Positions 51,941 through 63,526 of a DNA stretch of 64,000 bases are shown piece by piece. A model generated the notes under the pieces. The model ran no database searches. It saw only the letters and a program-made list of their open reading frames with translations, and was not told where the DNA came from. Location: NCBI RefSeq assembly GCF_964204645.1, contig NC_134027.1:62001-126000 (forward strand), read 5' to 3'. Source of the stretch: Tubulanus polymorphus. Taxonomy: Eukaryota; Animalia; Nemertea. A program made the translations under genes and the position numbers. Numbering within the stretch: position 1 is the stretch's first letter; every line of letters starts with the position of its first letter.

Positions 51941-53851
51941 TGGGTGCATTTTTTCTGATTGTGGGCTTGTATAGATTCCCTTGCTGAGTGGACATTGGCT
52001 GGGCATGTGGCAAGTTTGAATGTGAAATTCATTGGTTAAAAAAAACATGGGGTTCCTCCAATTGAACCAAATAACAACAAGTTGGGCGAGGTACCTGGAT
52101 ATCAATATGGTGATTGATTGTATGGATAAGAGTTTGATGATTCTCAATAACTGTTACCCGTGTAACTATACGCAACCAGTTCATCTTGTCAAGAAATTCT
52201 TGACTAAACTCAAAACTCTTTAACCATTTCCCTATCTATTCAGAATTTGGTGGTTATTTTTTTTGGTAATTACACATGAAAGTTTGTTTCGGTAAGTTTT
52301 TACAATCCACACCAACCGAGACCGGCAACCTGTCAACAATACTAGTTATTAGTATGCCGGTGATAGTGTCATTAATGGCTTGTTAGGTTTGCTCCGATAG
52401 TTAGCAGTCCGGTGGGGCCCGGTCTATTATTAAAGGTTAACTTGACCACAAAACCGATCGTTTATGACATATCCAGCAGAAACAATGTCCGGTCCCAGGC
52501 GGTCACTGGTGTCCCCGGCGGCCTACAGGTTTGTCATTACACGACAGCACTTCAGGTCTGCCACACCTTCAGAAACAAGCGACCTAATGGTCACTGGAAA
52601 TGAGATTAGATAGTGACGACTTCAGCTGGAATCTGGACGGCATTATCATTACCATTAACGATAGTGATATCTCCGGATCGAATTGACAATATCGCGGATA
52701 TTTATTCTCAGGAGGTTTTCAGAACGTGTTAACGGTACTATGATTACCTATACTCTCATCTCTCTCACCTCCTTCACCTCTCTCACCTCCTTTACCTCCC
52801 CGAGCAAAACAAACGCTCCTAATGTATCACCGTTGTCCATAGTCTCACTCCGTAACGTCTGGCTCTAGTTTTTTTTCTAAAACTAAGAATCTGAACAGCT
52901 CTCCTTGAATTTGTGTCCAGATTAGAATTAGTTCATTTTCAATTATTTTTCTATTCTGAAATTGGGACGAATTTCCCTCTCATTTAATTTGATTGATTCA
53001 ATTGATTTGTGTTTATTTGTTGTCTCCCAGTAACCAGTCAAACTTTCCGGGAACTCGACCGGGGGTCTAGACATTGACATTGGCGATCACAGTATAATAG
53101 CAGCTTTTTTGATACAAGCTGCATTCAATGTTTGATTTTAATGACTCCAGTACTTTTATAAACCAACTAAGAGCCCATTTAGCAATTGGGTTCCGAACTG
53201 TGGAACTGGGTCCAGATTTTTAAGTTGTTATCTCCACATGAACACGCGATGTTTGAGGATATATCGCGTGTGTGGCGATTATAATTAGTTTATTATAACT
53301 TCATTTAAACTATCGTGATTCTAGGAGGAAGTGTTCGACTTCCTTCTCAGCGTGACGTCATCACCATTCACTCTTACTCGTTATAGAGGGCGCTGTATAT
53401 CTATAGAACGAGCGGAAGTGATCGAGTATCATTAACAGACGGCCCCCGCGGGGTTCATTCATGAATTACTAAACTACCAGACCCCTAACTGTTTAATAGT
53501 CATCATAACTAGATTTCATTTCAATTGTCGAATTATTCAACAAAATTCCGGTTAACGCGAAATCTGAAGTGCGCGATGGGCGACTGAGCGCGGTTTATCG
53601 AGACTAATTATGATTTGAAAATGGCTGATTATTATTGAGGAGATGCAGCAGATGATGAGATGTATTTATTTACACTTGGTTGAGTTTTCAATTGGTGTTA
53701 ATCATATAAATGGATTTCGAATCTCGGCGGCGACTCCTCGAGTTGAGAGGTCAAATCCCGGAAGCTCAGGAAGAAAAAAATCTTCGATTTTGTTTCGGTA
53801 GATTCTTTACGCCATAAATTTTTTCAACTGTGACTCAGAAAACAGCAATAA

Positions 53852-54093
53852 GGGTTCTCAGTGAACCCGCTCCCCTCACAGCTGTGGTTAGAGCAGCGAG
53901 TAGACCAGATACACGGGTTCTCAGTGAACCCACTCCCCTCACATCTGTAGCCAGAGCAGCGAGTAGAGCAGATACACGGGTTCTCAGTGAACCCACTCCC
54001 CTCACATCTGTAGCCAGAGCAGCGAGTAGAGCAGATACACGGGTTCTCAGTGAACCCACTCCCCTCACATCTGTAGCCAGAGCAGCGAGTAGA
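53852..54093. repeat. 63-bp minisatellite, about 3.8 units
   Basis: Units start at 53852, 53915, 53978 and 54041. Confidence 0.95.
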
Positions 54094-54877
54094 TCAGTCT
54101 TTATTTTAGAGGTTCTTGGTCAACACCAAAATGTACATGAATTAATGTGAATTTGAAAATTGTTCAATCTGCAGAATCGATTGCTCCGGGGGACGGGAAG
54201 CTGAAACATTTCGCAAGGAATAATTTCGAAATCGACGCATTAACAGAGATGACCATCCATAAAGATTCCCGCTGGGCATTTTACATTGAATATGTGAAAT
54301 GGAGAGAAGAGAGAGATGAGAGAAGAGATGAGATGAGAGATGGTTGCATCCACTTATAAATCAATCGCAAGATGTATGAATCCCAGATGAAGGCATACTT
54401 GAAACTATTCTCGAGAGGGAAGCCAACTCTACATTTATTCATTTATAAGTGTTTGTCATAAGCGATGTCAAACCAGTCATCGCTTGATATAAACTCACTT
54501 AACACTTTACAGCTAATAACTTAAAAGCGTCATTGAAGGATTTGCTATTTAGGTATAATAAGAGTATATTGAGTATTATGGGGGATTTCTGAATTAGTTT
54601 CGCTGGTTTCTGCAGCTAGTTCTGCGGCTACTGTTGCTGCTAAAAAGAGTCCGAAATGTTTCTTTGTGCTAATGATTTCTTGGTCGTTTTGACGATATCC
54701 TGATTTAAAGCTTCGGTAATATTTTGTAGTATTCCTGAAGATGATTAATCATAAAACAGTAAACAGTAAGAATAAATTGGAATGAATGCAGAGTATATTC
54801 CTATAGGAATAACTGAAAAGTTCCTCCCTGTTTTCTGGTCCTAAGTAAATTTTTATGAATATGACCGCACAGAATTG

Positions 54878-55969
54878 CTAAAGGCGCATTTTATCCATTC
54901 GAGGCTGATGTCGTTTATAAAGCAATGGGTTTAAAATATGAATTGCTTCTTTTCTGAATTTGTCATTTGTCGCGCAATACACGATAAAATTTACTGATGA
55001 ATCAATGATAGAAAATCCTAAAGACATAAGTCTAATACCTGGAATTTTGGGGATAGCTGATCCGGGACCCGCTAAACGGTCGAGAAAACCAAAACCTTCA
55101 CAAATAATAAACAATAAAACTACTGATAAAACCATCCTTAAAACCCTCATTTCCCTTCTAGACGATTCATCAGTTACACCGAGCTGTGAACGTCGAGTAA
55201 CCCGACGGTAAAATGTCACCGAAATGAGAATTATATTGATAAAAATCAAAATACAGATTGGGAAAATAGCAGTTAGATACAGGAATAAATAGCGCTCTGA
55301 TGTTATAAAACGAAAGTTCCTTAACCACTTATAAAACCATTTCGAGTAATATCTACCAGTACGAATTATGATATACGGCCAATGCGAGGGACAGTTCATG
55401 AATCCCAAACGATCGCCTCGTATAAATTGAACAAAATGACCACAAAAACTTATTAGTGAAATAAACGCCATCGCCCAAACTGATATCAACTTCTTGGGAA
55501 ATTTACGAGATTTTATAGGAAACAATACGACGATTAACCGCTCTATACTGAGCAGTACAGTGCACCAGTTACGTGTCATCTGAAATATGTAGAAAAACGG
55601 CAAGGCGACCGAGATAAAAATCCAACCGTAATACCAGTCATTTCTGCGGAACAAAATATCGCCCAAAACGGCGTAAATGTACGCAGTTCTCAGCGGATAC
55701 AGAATGAATGCAGCGATCATAAACAAAAGATCGTTTAAAGCGAGAATTTTGATGAGAAAATAAACATCAGATTTAAATCGTTTTAGAACAAACAACGTGA
55801 ATGCGTTGAATATCAAACCTAGTACTGACCCCGGTAGATACCAGCCTAGATATACATTAACAATTAATTTGTTGACCCATTTAGCAGGACGAGTTTGAAG
55901 TCTCTGACACAGGTTGAGTCGAGGTGTCGTCAATGTAACACTTGTACTGGTAATGTTGTAATCAAACAT
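54878..55969 (-). CDS. intronless class A (rhodopsin-like) GPCR, FMRFamide/sex-peptide-receptor-like orphan, about 363 aa
   Basis: Seven hydrophobic segments. LALND (TM2), TVLLSIERL (TM3), FP in TM5, FIICE (TM6), DSSVNFIVY (TM7) and KFR helix 8. First ATG at 55969 followed by an N-glycosylation sequon NIT. In-frame upstream stop at 56003-56005. Confidence 0.9.
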   Translation of the reverse strand: MFDYNITSTSVTLTTPRLNLCQRLQTRPAKWVNKLIVNVYLGWYLPGSVLGLIFNAFTLFVLKRFKSDVYFLIKILALNDLLFMIAAFILYPLRTAYIYAVLGDILFRRNDWYYGWIFISVALPFFYIFQMTRNWCTVLLSIERLIVVLFPIKSRKFPKKLISVWAMAFISLISFCGHFVQFIRGDRLGFMNCPSHWPYIIIRTGRYYSKWFYKWLRNFRFITSERYLFLYLTAIFPICILIFINIILISVTFYRRVTRRSQLGVTDESSRREMRVLRMVLSVVLLFIICEGFGFLDRLAGPGSAIPKIPGIRLMSLGFSIIDSSVNFIVYCATNDKFRKEAIHILNPLLYKRHQPRMDKMRL

Positions 55970-56716
55970 CTGACTTTTCAACCATTCGATTTTCCTATTG
56001 TGTTAAATTTGAATGAATTCATCAGTAAAACTTTCAGCGAATGAGACGTAAATTAAATCTAGAAATATTCTCTTCGTGTTAATATAAACTGCTTCCATTC
56101 ACTACTGATGAAAGAAGTCGCGGAACGTGTGCATAAATTCAACTATATTCATATTTATATAAAGGAGAGGTTTTCAATGGATTTATTTTTAGCCATAGAA
56201 AATGACATCAATTTTCCAAGTGAAAACCCTGTCGTTTATTTGAGGTTCTCTAGAAGTTTCTACGTCACAAAAAGCAGCGATCGAATTTTATTTTCCGTAT
56301 TTTGGTTATTTATCAAGGTAAAAATTGTAATAGTGAAATATAACATATCGGGTTTATCTCTACTTAGGAATAAAACTGGAATTCTAGTCACTGTCGCTGC
56401 CGCATTTTCGTTGTAACATTCACGTAGGACTGTACCTTTTAGGTCAATCTATAGATTGCGCATGAGTGGTCTGTGTAGGGATTATTCCGGCTCGCATTGA
56501 GCACGATCTGTGACACGACCATAGTTTTATGTTCCCATCTTTTAGCTGAAAATGCTGTTGGAGTTATATCAAATTACAACATAAATCTAACATTGAAATA
56601 ACGAGGTTCATTTATTGTTAGTCTGTTTCTGAGGTGAAGTTTAATTCAATGAATTATGATGAATCCATCTTTAGCTCAATAGAGAAGTCAAACATAAGGA
56701 GTTTTCGTTTAACGGA

Positions 56717-56775
56717 CAGTGTGTCACAATGTGTCACAATGTGTTACAATGTGTCACAATGTGTTACAGTGTGTT
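56717..56775. repeat. 10-bp tandem repeat gtgt(c/t)acaat, about 5.5 units
   Basis: Direct reading. Confidence 0.9.
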
Positions 56776-58135
56776 AACCGCCTATTCATTTATCCAACTT
56801 GCAATTGAAAAAATTACTAAGAATTTCATGTAACAATTCTGAACTGTTTGAAGAAAGAAGGGCGATATGAGGAAGTGGATGGTGACGTATGAGTCTGCGC
56901 ATTGCTCTACTGTGAAGTACTGCAATCATTGTACTGCTGCGAGGCGGTAATTCACAGACGAAATATCAACTATTAGAAGTCATTTCATGTTATACTGAAC
57001 ATCAAATCCATCCAATTTACCATCATAACGGTCGACTCTATGAGGATATTTATGTAATCTTTATGCGTTTACAGTTGACACCTACAGCGTTTATTGTAAC
57101 ACGCGATAATTTACTGCTTCTCATTCGCTTCCGAAATGCGATTATATTCATTCTTTAATACACTAATAATCCGCTGAAACGACGAATTATTTTCATATTT
57201 ATAGCGCCGAAACGTCGGTCATTTGGTGGCTTCGGGAACCGTTAAATAACATCAGGCAGACGTGACAAGATACCGATATCAACCTTCTCGATTGCCAGGG
57301 TATCGTTTACCTCGACTGCCAGAGGTCGAAAGCTTAAGTGAACCATACACGCAGTTGAACAGTTCTCCGGCTCTTAAGTAAAAATTTTGTTTATTTTCAA
57401 TTGATGGTTTTTAATAAAATGATAAATTTAGAACTTATAAAAGTCTCCGACAGAATCCAGGAATAATATTCAGGGACATTTATTTGACCACCAAAAGAGG
57501 CATCTTCTAGATTAGCCTCACTGGGGCATAGGAATAACCTAGAACATAGGAATAATTCGACATTCAGATAGATACGTTTTGAAAAGTTTTTTTTTAAACA
57601 TTTTGTCGTTGTTTTGTGAATTAGAATTTTCATTCGGTTTATTTTATTCCCTGTAAAAACTATAAATCAATTATTCTTTGGTTCATAAAACCTCGATCGT
57701 GATGACAATCTTCATTTCTACATCGAAATAACGTTTAACAATCTGAAGAAATAAAAATATTTCATTCGCTGGAAAAATTAATGTCATTTGCTGTATAAGG
57801 GTCAATGAGTTTGCGTCATAAAACTAAAACCTATTATCAAATAGTGATACGACTGGTTGTCTCAGTGGAGCGAATAAACCACTGCAGTGAAAATGATAGC
57901 TTTTCAAAGAAGTTTTATCTAGTGACGTCATCACAACTGTATAATCAAACCGACCAAAAACCTCATCAATTCTTTATCCGGACGACCTCTAAATCTTCGC
58001 CGCCGCCGCCGCGAATCAAACCACATAAATTAAATCTAGCCGCAGATTGAGCGCTGAAGACGCCACAATTTATTTCTAGCAATCAACGATTGAAGTCGAT
58101 TCGATATAAATCAAGTATCTAAAGCACGGTACATA

Positions 58136-59395
58136 TACACAGTTATATCACCCCCTCTCCCCCTCCCCTCCTCCCTCCTCTCACCTCCCCTCTCCCCTCT
58201 CACCTCCCCTCTCCCCTCCTCTCCCCCTCTCCTCTCACCTCCCCTCTCCCCTCCTCTCCCCCTCTCCTCTCACCTCCCCTCTCCCCTCCTCTCCCCCTCA
58301 CCTCTCCCCAAACACACGGTTATATAACCCCCCTCTCACCTCCCCTCTCCCCTCCTATCCCCCTCTCCTCTCCCCAAACACACAGTTATATCACCCCCCT
58401 CTCACCTCCCCTCTCCCCTCCTATCCCCCTCTCCTCTCCCCAAACACACAGTTATATAACCCCCCTCTCACCTCCCCTCTCCCCTCCTATCCCCCTCTCC
58501 TCTCCCCAAACACACAGTTAAATAACCCCCTCTCACCTCCCCTCTCACCCCCCTCTCCCTTCCTCTCCCCCTCTCCTCTCCTCTCCTCTCCCCCTCTCCT
58601 CTCCCCTCCTCTCCCCCTCTCCTCCCCCCAAACACACAGTTATATAACCCCCATCTCACCTCCCCTCCTCTCCCCCTCTCCTCCCACCAAACACACAGTT
58701 ATATAACCCCCCTCTCCCCTCCCCTCTCCCTCCCCTCTCCCCTCCTCCCCCCTCTCCTCCCCCCATACACACAGTTATATAACCCCCCTCTCACCTCCCC
58801 TCTCCCTTCCTCTCACCTCTCCATACACACAGTTATATAACCCCCATCTCACCTCCCCTCTCCCCTCCTCTCCCCCTCTCCTCCCCCCAAACACACAGTT
58901 ATATCACCCCCCTCTCACCTCCCCTCTCCCCTCCTCCCCCCTCTCCTCCCCCCATACACACAGTTATATAACCCCCCTCTCACCTCCCCTCTCCCTCTCC
59001 TCTCACCTCTCCATACACACAGTTATATAACCCCCCTCTCACCTCCCCTCTCCCTTCCTCTCACCTCTCCATACACACAGTTATATAACCCCTCTCACCT
59101 CCCTCTCCTCTCCCCAAACACACAGTTATATAACCCCCCTCTCACCTCCCCTCTCCCCCTCTTCTCCCCCATATACACAGTTATATAACCCCCATCTCCC
59201 CTGTTCTCTCCCCTCTTCTCCCAAAACACACAATTTTATAACCCCCCTCTCCTCTCCCTCTCCTCTCCCCAAACACACAGCTATATCACCCCCTCTCCCC
59301 TCTCCTATCCCCAAACACACAGTTACATAACCTCCCTCTCCCCCTTCTCTCTCCCCAAACACACAGTTATATAACCCCCTCTCCGGTACACAGTT
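58136..59395. repeat. complex minisatellite: about 19-20 copies of acacacagttatataacccc separated by variable C/T tracts
   Basis: Direct reading. Confidence 0.93.
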
Positions 59396-62300
59396 CGATA
59401 AACAATCACATCATCACCTGATCCCCATTTGGAGTGAACAATTATTCTAATAGCTCTAATGACTCAAGAGTCCTTGCAGTGAATGACTTCAATCGTCATG
59501 GTTGATCAAAACATTTTCTTACGTATTTACGATTTGTCATTTTTAATGCAATATGTCAGTCAGTTCGGCTCCGAGGGGGGGGGGTATTTCAAACTCTACG
59601 AAAACCGCTGCGGGCAACAAAAAACATACTACAAACTGTAAACTATTGAATTACGTATTTTAAGGTGTTTATTTGTTAAATCTAACCGATTAAAACCGAT
59701 CGTTCGGAAAAACAGAAAAAAGCTGAAAATATCCCTGACGATTCTCGCTGATCAGACAGTATCAAATATCAGGTCGGTATTTGATGGCGAAGATACGAGA
59801 GCCACTTGACATTATCATCGGGGGATATATAAGTGAAGATAGTTTCAGTGCACAGGGGTTTCAGGGTGTAGTTTGTATCAGGCGAGTTGAAGATATGAAT
59901 CCAAAACAATTCTTACCCAATACGCCATCCGTACATTAACAAAACGTAAACTATTTACTGAATCGTGGCAGATATAAAGGTGCGAAACACTTAAATATTG
60001 CCGAATTTATTTACCTCGGTTACTTTGCATATGGCGCGCGTAACTTGCCTCGAGGCTCGCGAAATTCCGGTAAAACCTAAATTCAATGATAATTCTATAT
60101 CTAAGTGTATTAAGTGTTTTCCTGATGTTGTGGTACACGGCGCTATGCGTTAGAAAATCAACATCGAAATTGAACTTCCAGGAAAATTAGTTCCACATTC
60201 ATTCATTCATTGATGAAAGTGAACTAATTTCGGCCTAAGCGAACCCAATTCGCAATCTGTGGAAACGTGGAAGTGGAACCGTGGAACTGTGGAGCTGTGT
60301 GTTCGTCTACTTGTTTCGTAATAATCTAAAAGACACACGAAACGGAACCACCAGAGAACCATCCCGTGACAAACGTTTAGGGGCGCTCCGGTATAGAATC
60401 GTCCCGAGAATACCGTTTTCCGGTGGAGAATCCCTACTAGAATCACCCTAAGAACCCCCACCACGCACGAGACTCCCTGCAATCTCCAAGTTAATTATCT
60501 CTAAAAAATGGACGTCATAACGGAAAACATTCCTAACGCATAACTGTACTAATTCTTACTATAATATTTACAACATTTTACCGTAGAAACAAATGGAATA
60601 ACAGATGATCTGCGCCACCCGTGGAGAATATGAGAATAATACATCGACTGCAGTGAAAACAGTAGACTCAGGCATTTATACAATAACTTGTTTATAAACC
60701 ACAGTTAGAACACCTTAAACAATACTTATTGCACCTGACACTCGAGTTTATGACGGCCTAAATGAGATAAGTAAGGATTATCAGTTTACTCTCAGAGTTA
60801 GTTAGTGCTATTGTGTTTTTAGTTTAGACAATATATAACAATTTACAAGAACCAGCTCTTTGAAGCCTTCGACGAATTAAAAAAAGAATTGGTTTTTTTT
60901 TCAGTATTTACTAAAGGTATTCTAAACGTTGGTTGCCAAGCTACGGAGGCATTTTCAGCGTGTGCTGGGGGGGGGGAGGCAAGTGGGGCCTGGGGCTGAG
61001 GGAGGCTCTTGGTTGGGACTGGTCTGGTGGTGGAAGTAAGATATTCCTTTAACGCCCGAATATCTGCGAGAGGAGAGTCTCCTGTGACCGGTCACTTTTT
61101 TTTACACTAAATGCTCTTATTTATCGTTCTCTGAGTTTGAGCGGAACTCAGGCGCATCAGGAGGAGTCCGGGTACTCAAATTACTCGCATTAATTTAGAA
61201 GGTAGTGAGTGCTCAATATGGCGTTGAATTCTCAATATCAACTGTTTGACTCTGAGTCTTAGCGTTATCATTAATAGAGGACACGCCGAGAACTCAAACT
61301 TCTTTAAGCAGTTTGTTTCGCTAATTGTAGCTAGAGGCAGAATACATCCAACCAACCCAACGGCAACAATCATCAACTTTTATTGTTCGCCAATTTTAGA
61401 CGAACATCTCGTTTTATTTGTCGCGATTTGTTATCGGTAAAATTACATTATGAAAACTATCTCTCTCCAGACCGTCACTCGCCCGCGCGCGCGCGCACTG
61501 CAGCAATATCCTACTTAGTCATTTTTAACTACTTTTTAAGGATCGTCTGAAACGAACTTGAGGCGAAATTCTGACGCATTTTATTGGATAATTACATTTT
61601 GACAGCTCTTTCTGCCCGGATTCCGCATTAACTTCAATTATTAATTAATATCCGTCTAAAATACTACAGATTTCTCGAACGGTTTCCCAGGAAATAACTG
61701 TCACCGTTTGTTAACGAATGTTCCGATCCTTTTAACAGCTTACCGGTCATTTCTTGGCCGGATATGGCAGAAATTATCAGTTATTTTTTATCAAATAAAT
61801 TTTCCATTGAAACAGACGCCATCTTTAATATGAAAATTGCCACTTTTTAAGGCCTTTCGCTGCATGAACCAGTTATTCGTGTTATATAATCAAACAGTTT
61901 TAGATATTGTTAGGAAAATACACTAATTGTTTTTATTCTGGCAGTTATAGGCTGTTATAGATTTTCGATCAGTTAGCCATATCTGATCACATACGTTATT
62001 TATTTTTGCCATCATGAAAAAAATACGGCAAGGTTATGAATAAAGTTTTGAAGTTTATAACAAAACATCACAATGATAACTATCGATGAAACATTCTCGT
62101 GACGACAGAATAAAATCATCCTAAACTAAAAATAAAGAGTTTGAAATGTTTTCTAAAGCTGGTAGGTAATTCGACTGGTCATCTTCAGGAAAAGAGATTT
62201 TCTTGACAATGATACATTTTTTTCACAAACGGGTGACTCGAACTTCAGTCGTTACGACACACAAGCGGTATTGTGTCTGTCGTCTCTGTATCTGACTACG

Positions 62301-63473
62301 AATCTGCTAATCAAATTTATAGTTATAATTTGATTCCGCCTTGACTACGCTAGAATCTTAATGAATTGCGATTGATGACAAATCTAGATGTAGATGTACA
62401 CTATATAGACGAGGAGGGGGTATCGACAATACTCATAATGTCTGAATATCCATTAAACATTCACCCAGTTCCTCTGGGTGGTCTCAAAATCGAATAAAGA
62501 TATGGATATAGTTTGGAATATTTTGAGCTTATTAAAGTTCATATCAAATGATTTAACCCTTGAGCTAAATCTAAGCCGAGAAGTGCAGACTCAGAACTCA
62601 GAACCCAGTTTAAATCATCAAATATAGTTTGGATCAGTTGATTTCATATGTTTTGACACGAAAGCCAAATCTAAGCCGAGAAGTGAAAAGAACTGGGTTC
62701 AGAAAAATACGATACAAAATTATGTTTCGATTTCTACTGAAACCTTCAAATCGATTGTATGAACATTTTGTTAAGAACATTCTCTAGATTTGCGACTTAA
62801 GGCCATAAAAACATCCATAACCAACACATCGATCCTTCACACGTCTTTACACAGAATCACAAATACAACGATTTTTAATACTGCGAAAATTAACTACAAA
62901 ATCACGATCGAAAATTGTAGAAAGTGTTTAATACGAGATTGTGGAGACTGTGACCAACTGAATGTGTTTGAATAAAGACAATTAACAAATATCACTGACA
63001 GAAGACACGAGACTGTAATGCATCAGTAACAGCAGCAGCAGCAGCAGCTTTTTCATTACTGGTGACTCATAATCAGTATGTCTCTTATAGCTTCCCGTGT
63101 CCCATCAGGTAAACATTCACATCCTCCACATTTACAACAAAATCTGTGAAAATATTTTGATACTTTGAAATCTTCGAAAGTCGAGTCGACATTTATCGTT
63201 TAGTTTTGACAGTGAAACTGAACAAAGCTCCGGTCTTCAATCTGTATAAACTGTGGAACTAGGCTAAACGTACTTAATCAGGTCTGAGTTTAAGTCCCGT
63301 ACTGAGTCAGAATGGTTGCCATTTACTTCTGTCTGCGAATATATCGAATTGCCGAGATGTTATATTGGTGATTGTTCTGTTATATCGGATCCAGTTCGAC
63401 AGTTGAAATTTGACTCTTTTTGAATCAATACTGAAAACCAATGATTGAATGAATCGATCTATTTCATAATATT

Positions 63474-63526
63474 GATAATAATTATAATAATAATTATAAT
63501 AATAATTATTATAATAATAATGATAA
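63474..63526. repeat. (AAT/ATT)n AT-rich microsatellite
   Basis: Direct reading. Confidence 0.9.

Noticed and set aside
1899-52147. Many ER/EG- and LS/PS-rich ORFs (about 2, 4, 5, 42, 50 and 51-52 kb)
   Set aside because: Translations of GA/CT simple repeats that lack stop codons.
7066-54150. Repeat-peptide ORFs at 7066, 17173, 25070, 42860, 46173 and 53830
   Set aside because: Artefacts of minisatellites, with no splice or domain support.
54960-55211. 83-aa plus-strand ORF
   Set aside because: Antisense to the GPCR CDS with no features.
58136-59395. CRISPR-like repeat/spacer appearance
   Set aside because: Spacers are low-complexity, related to each other and very variable in length. No cas genes, and the context is eukaryotic.
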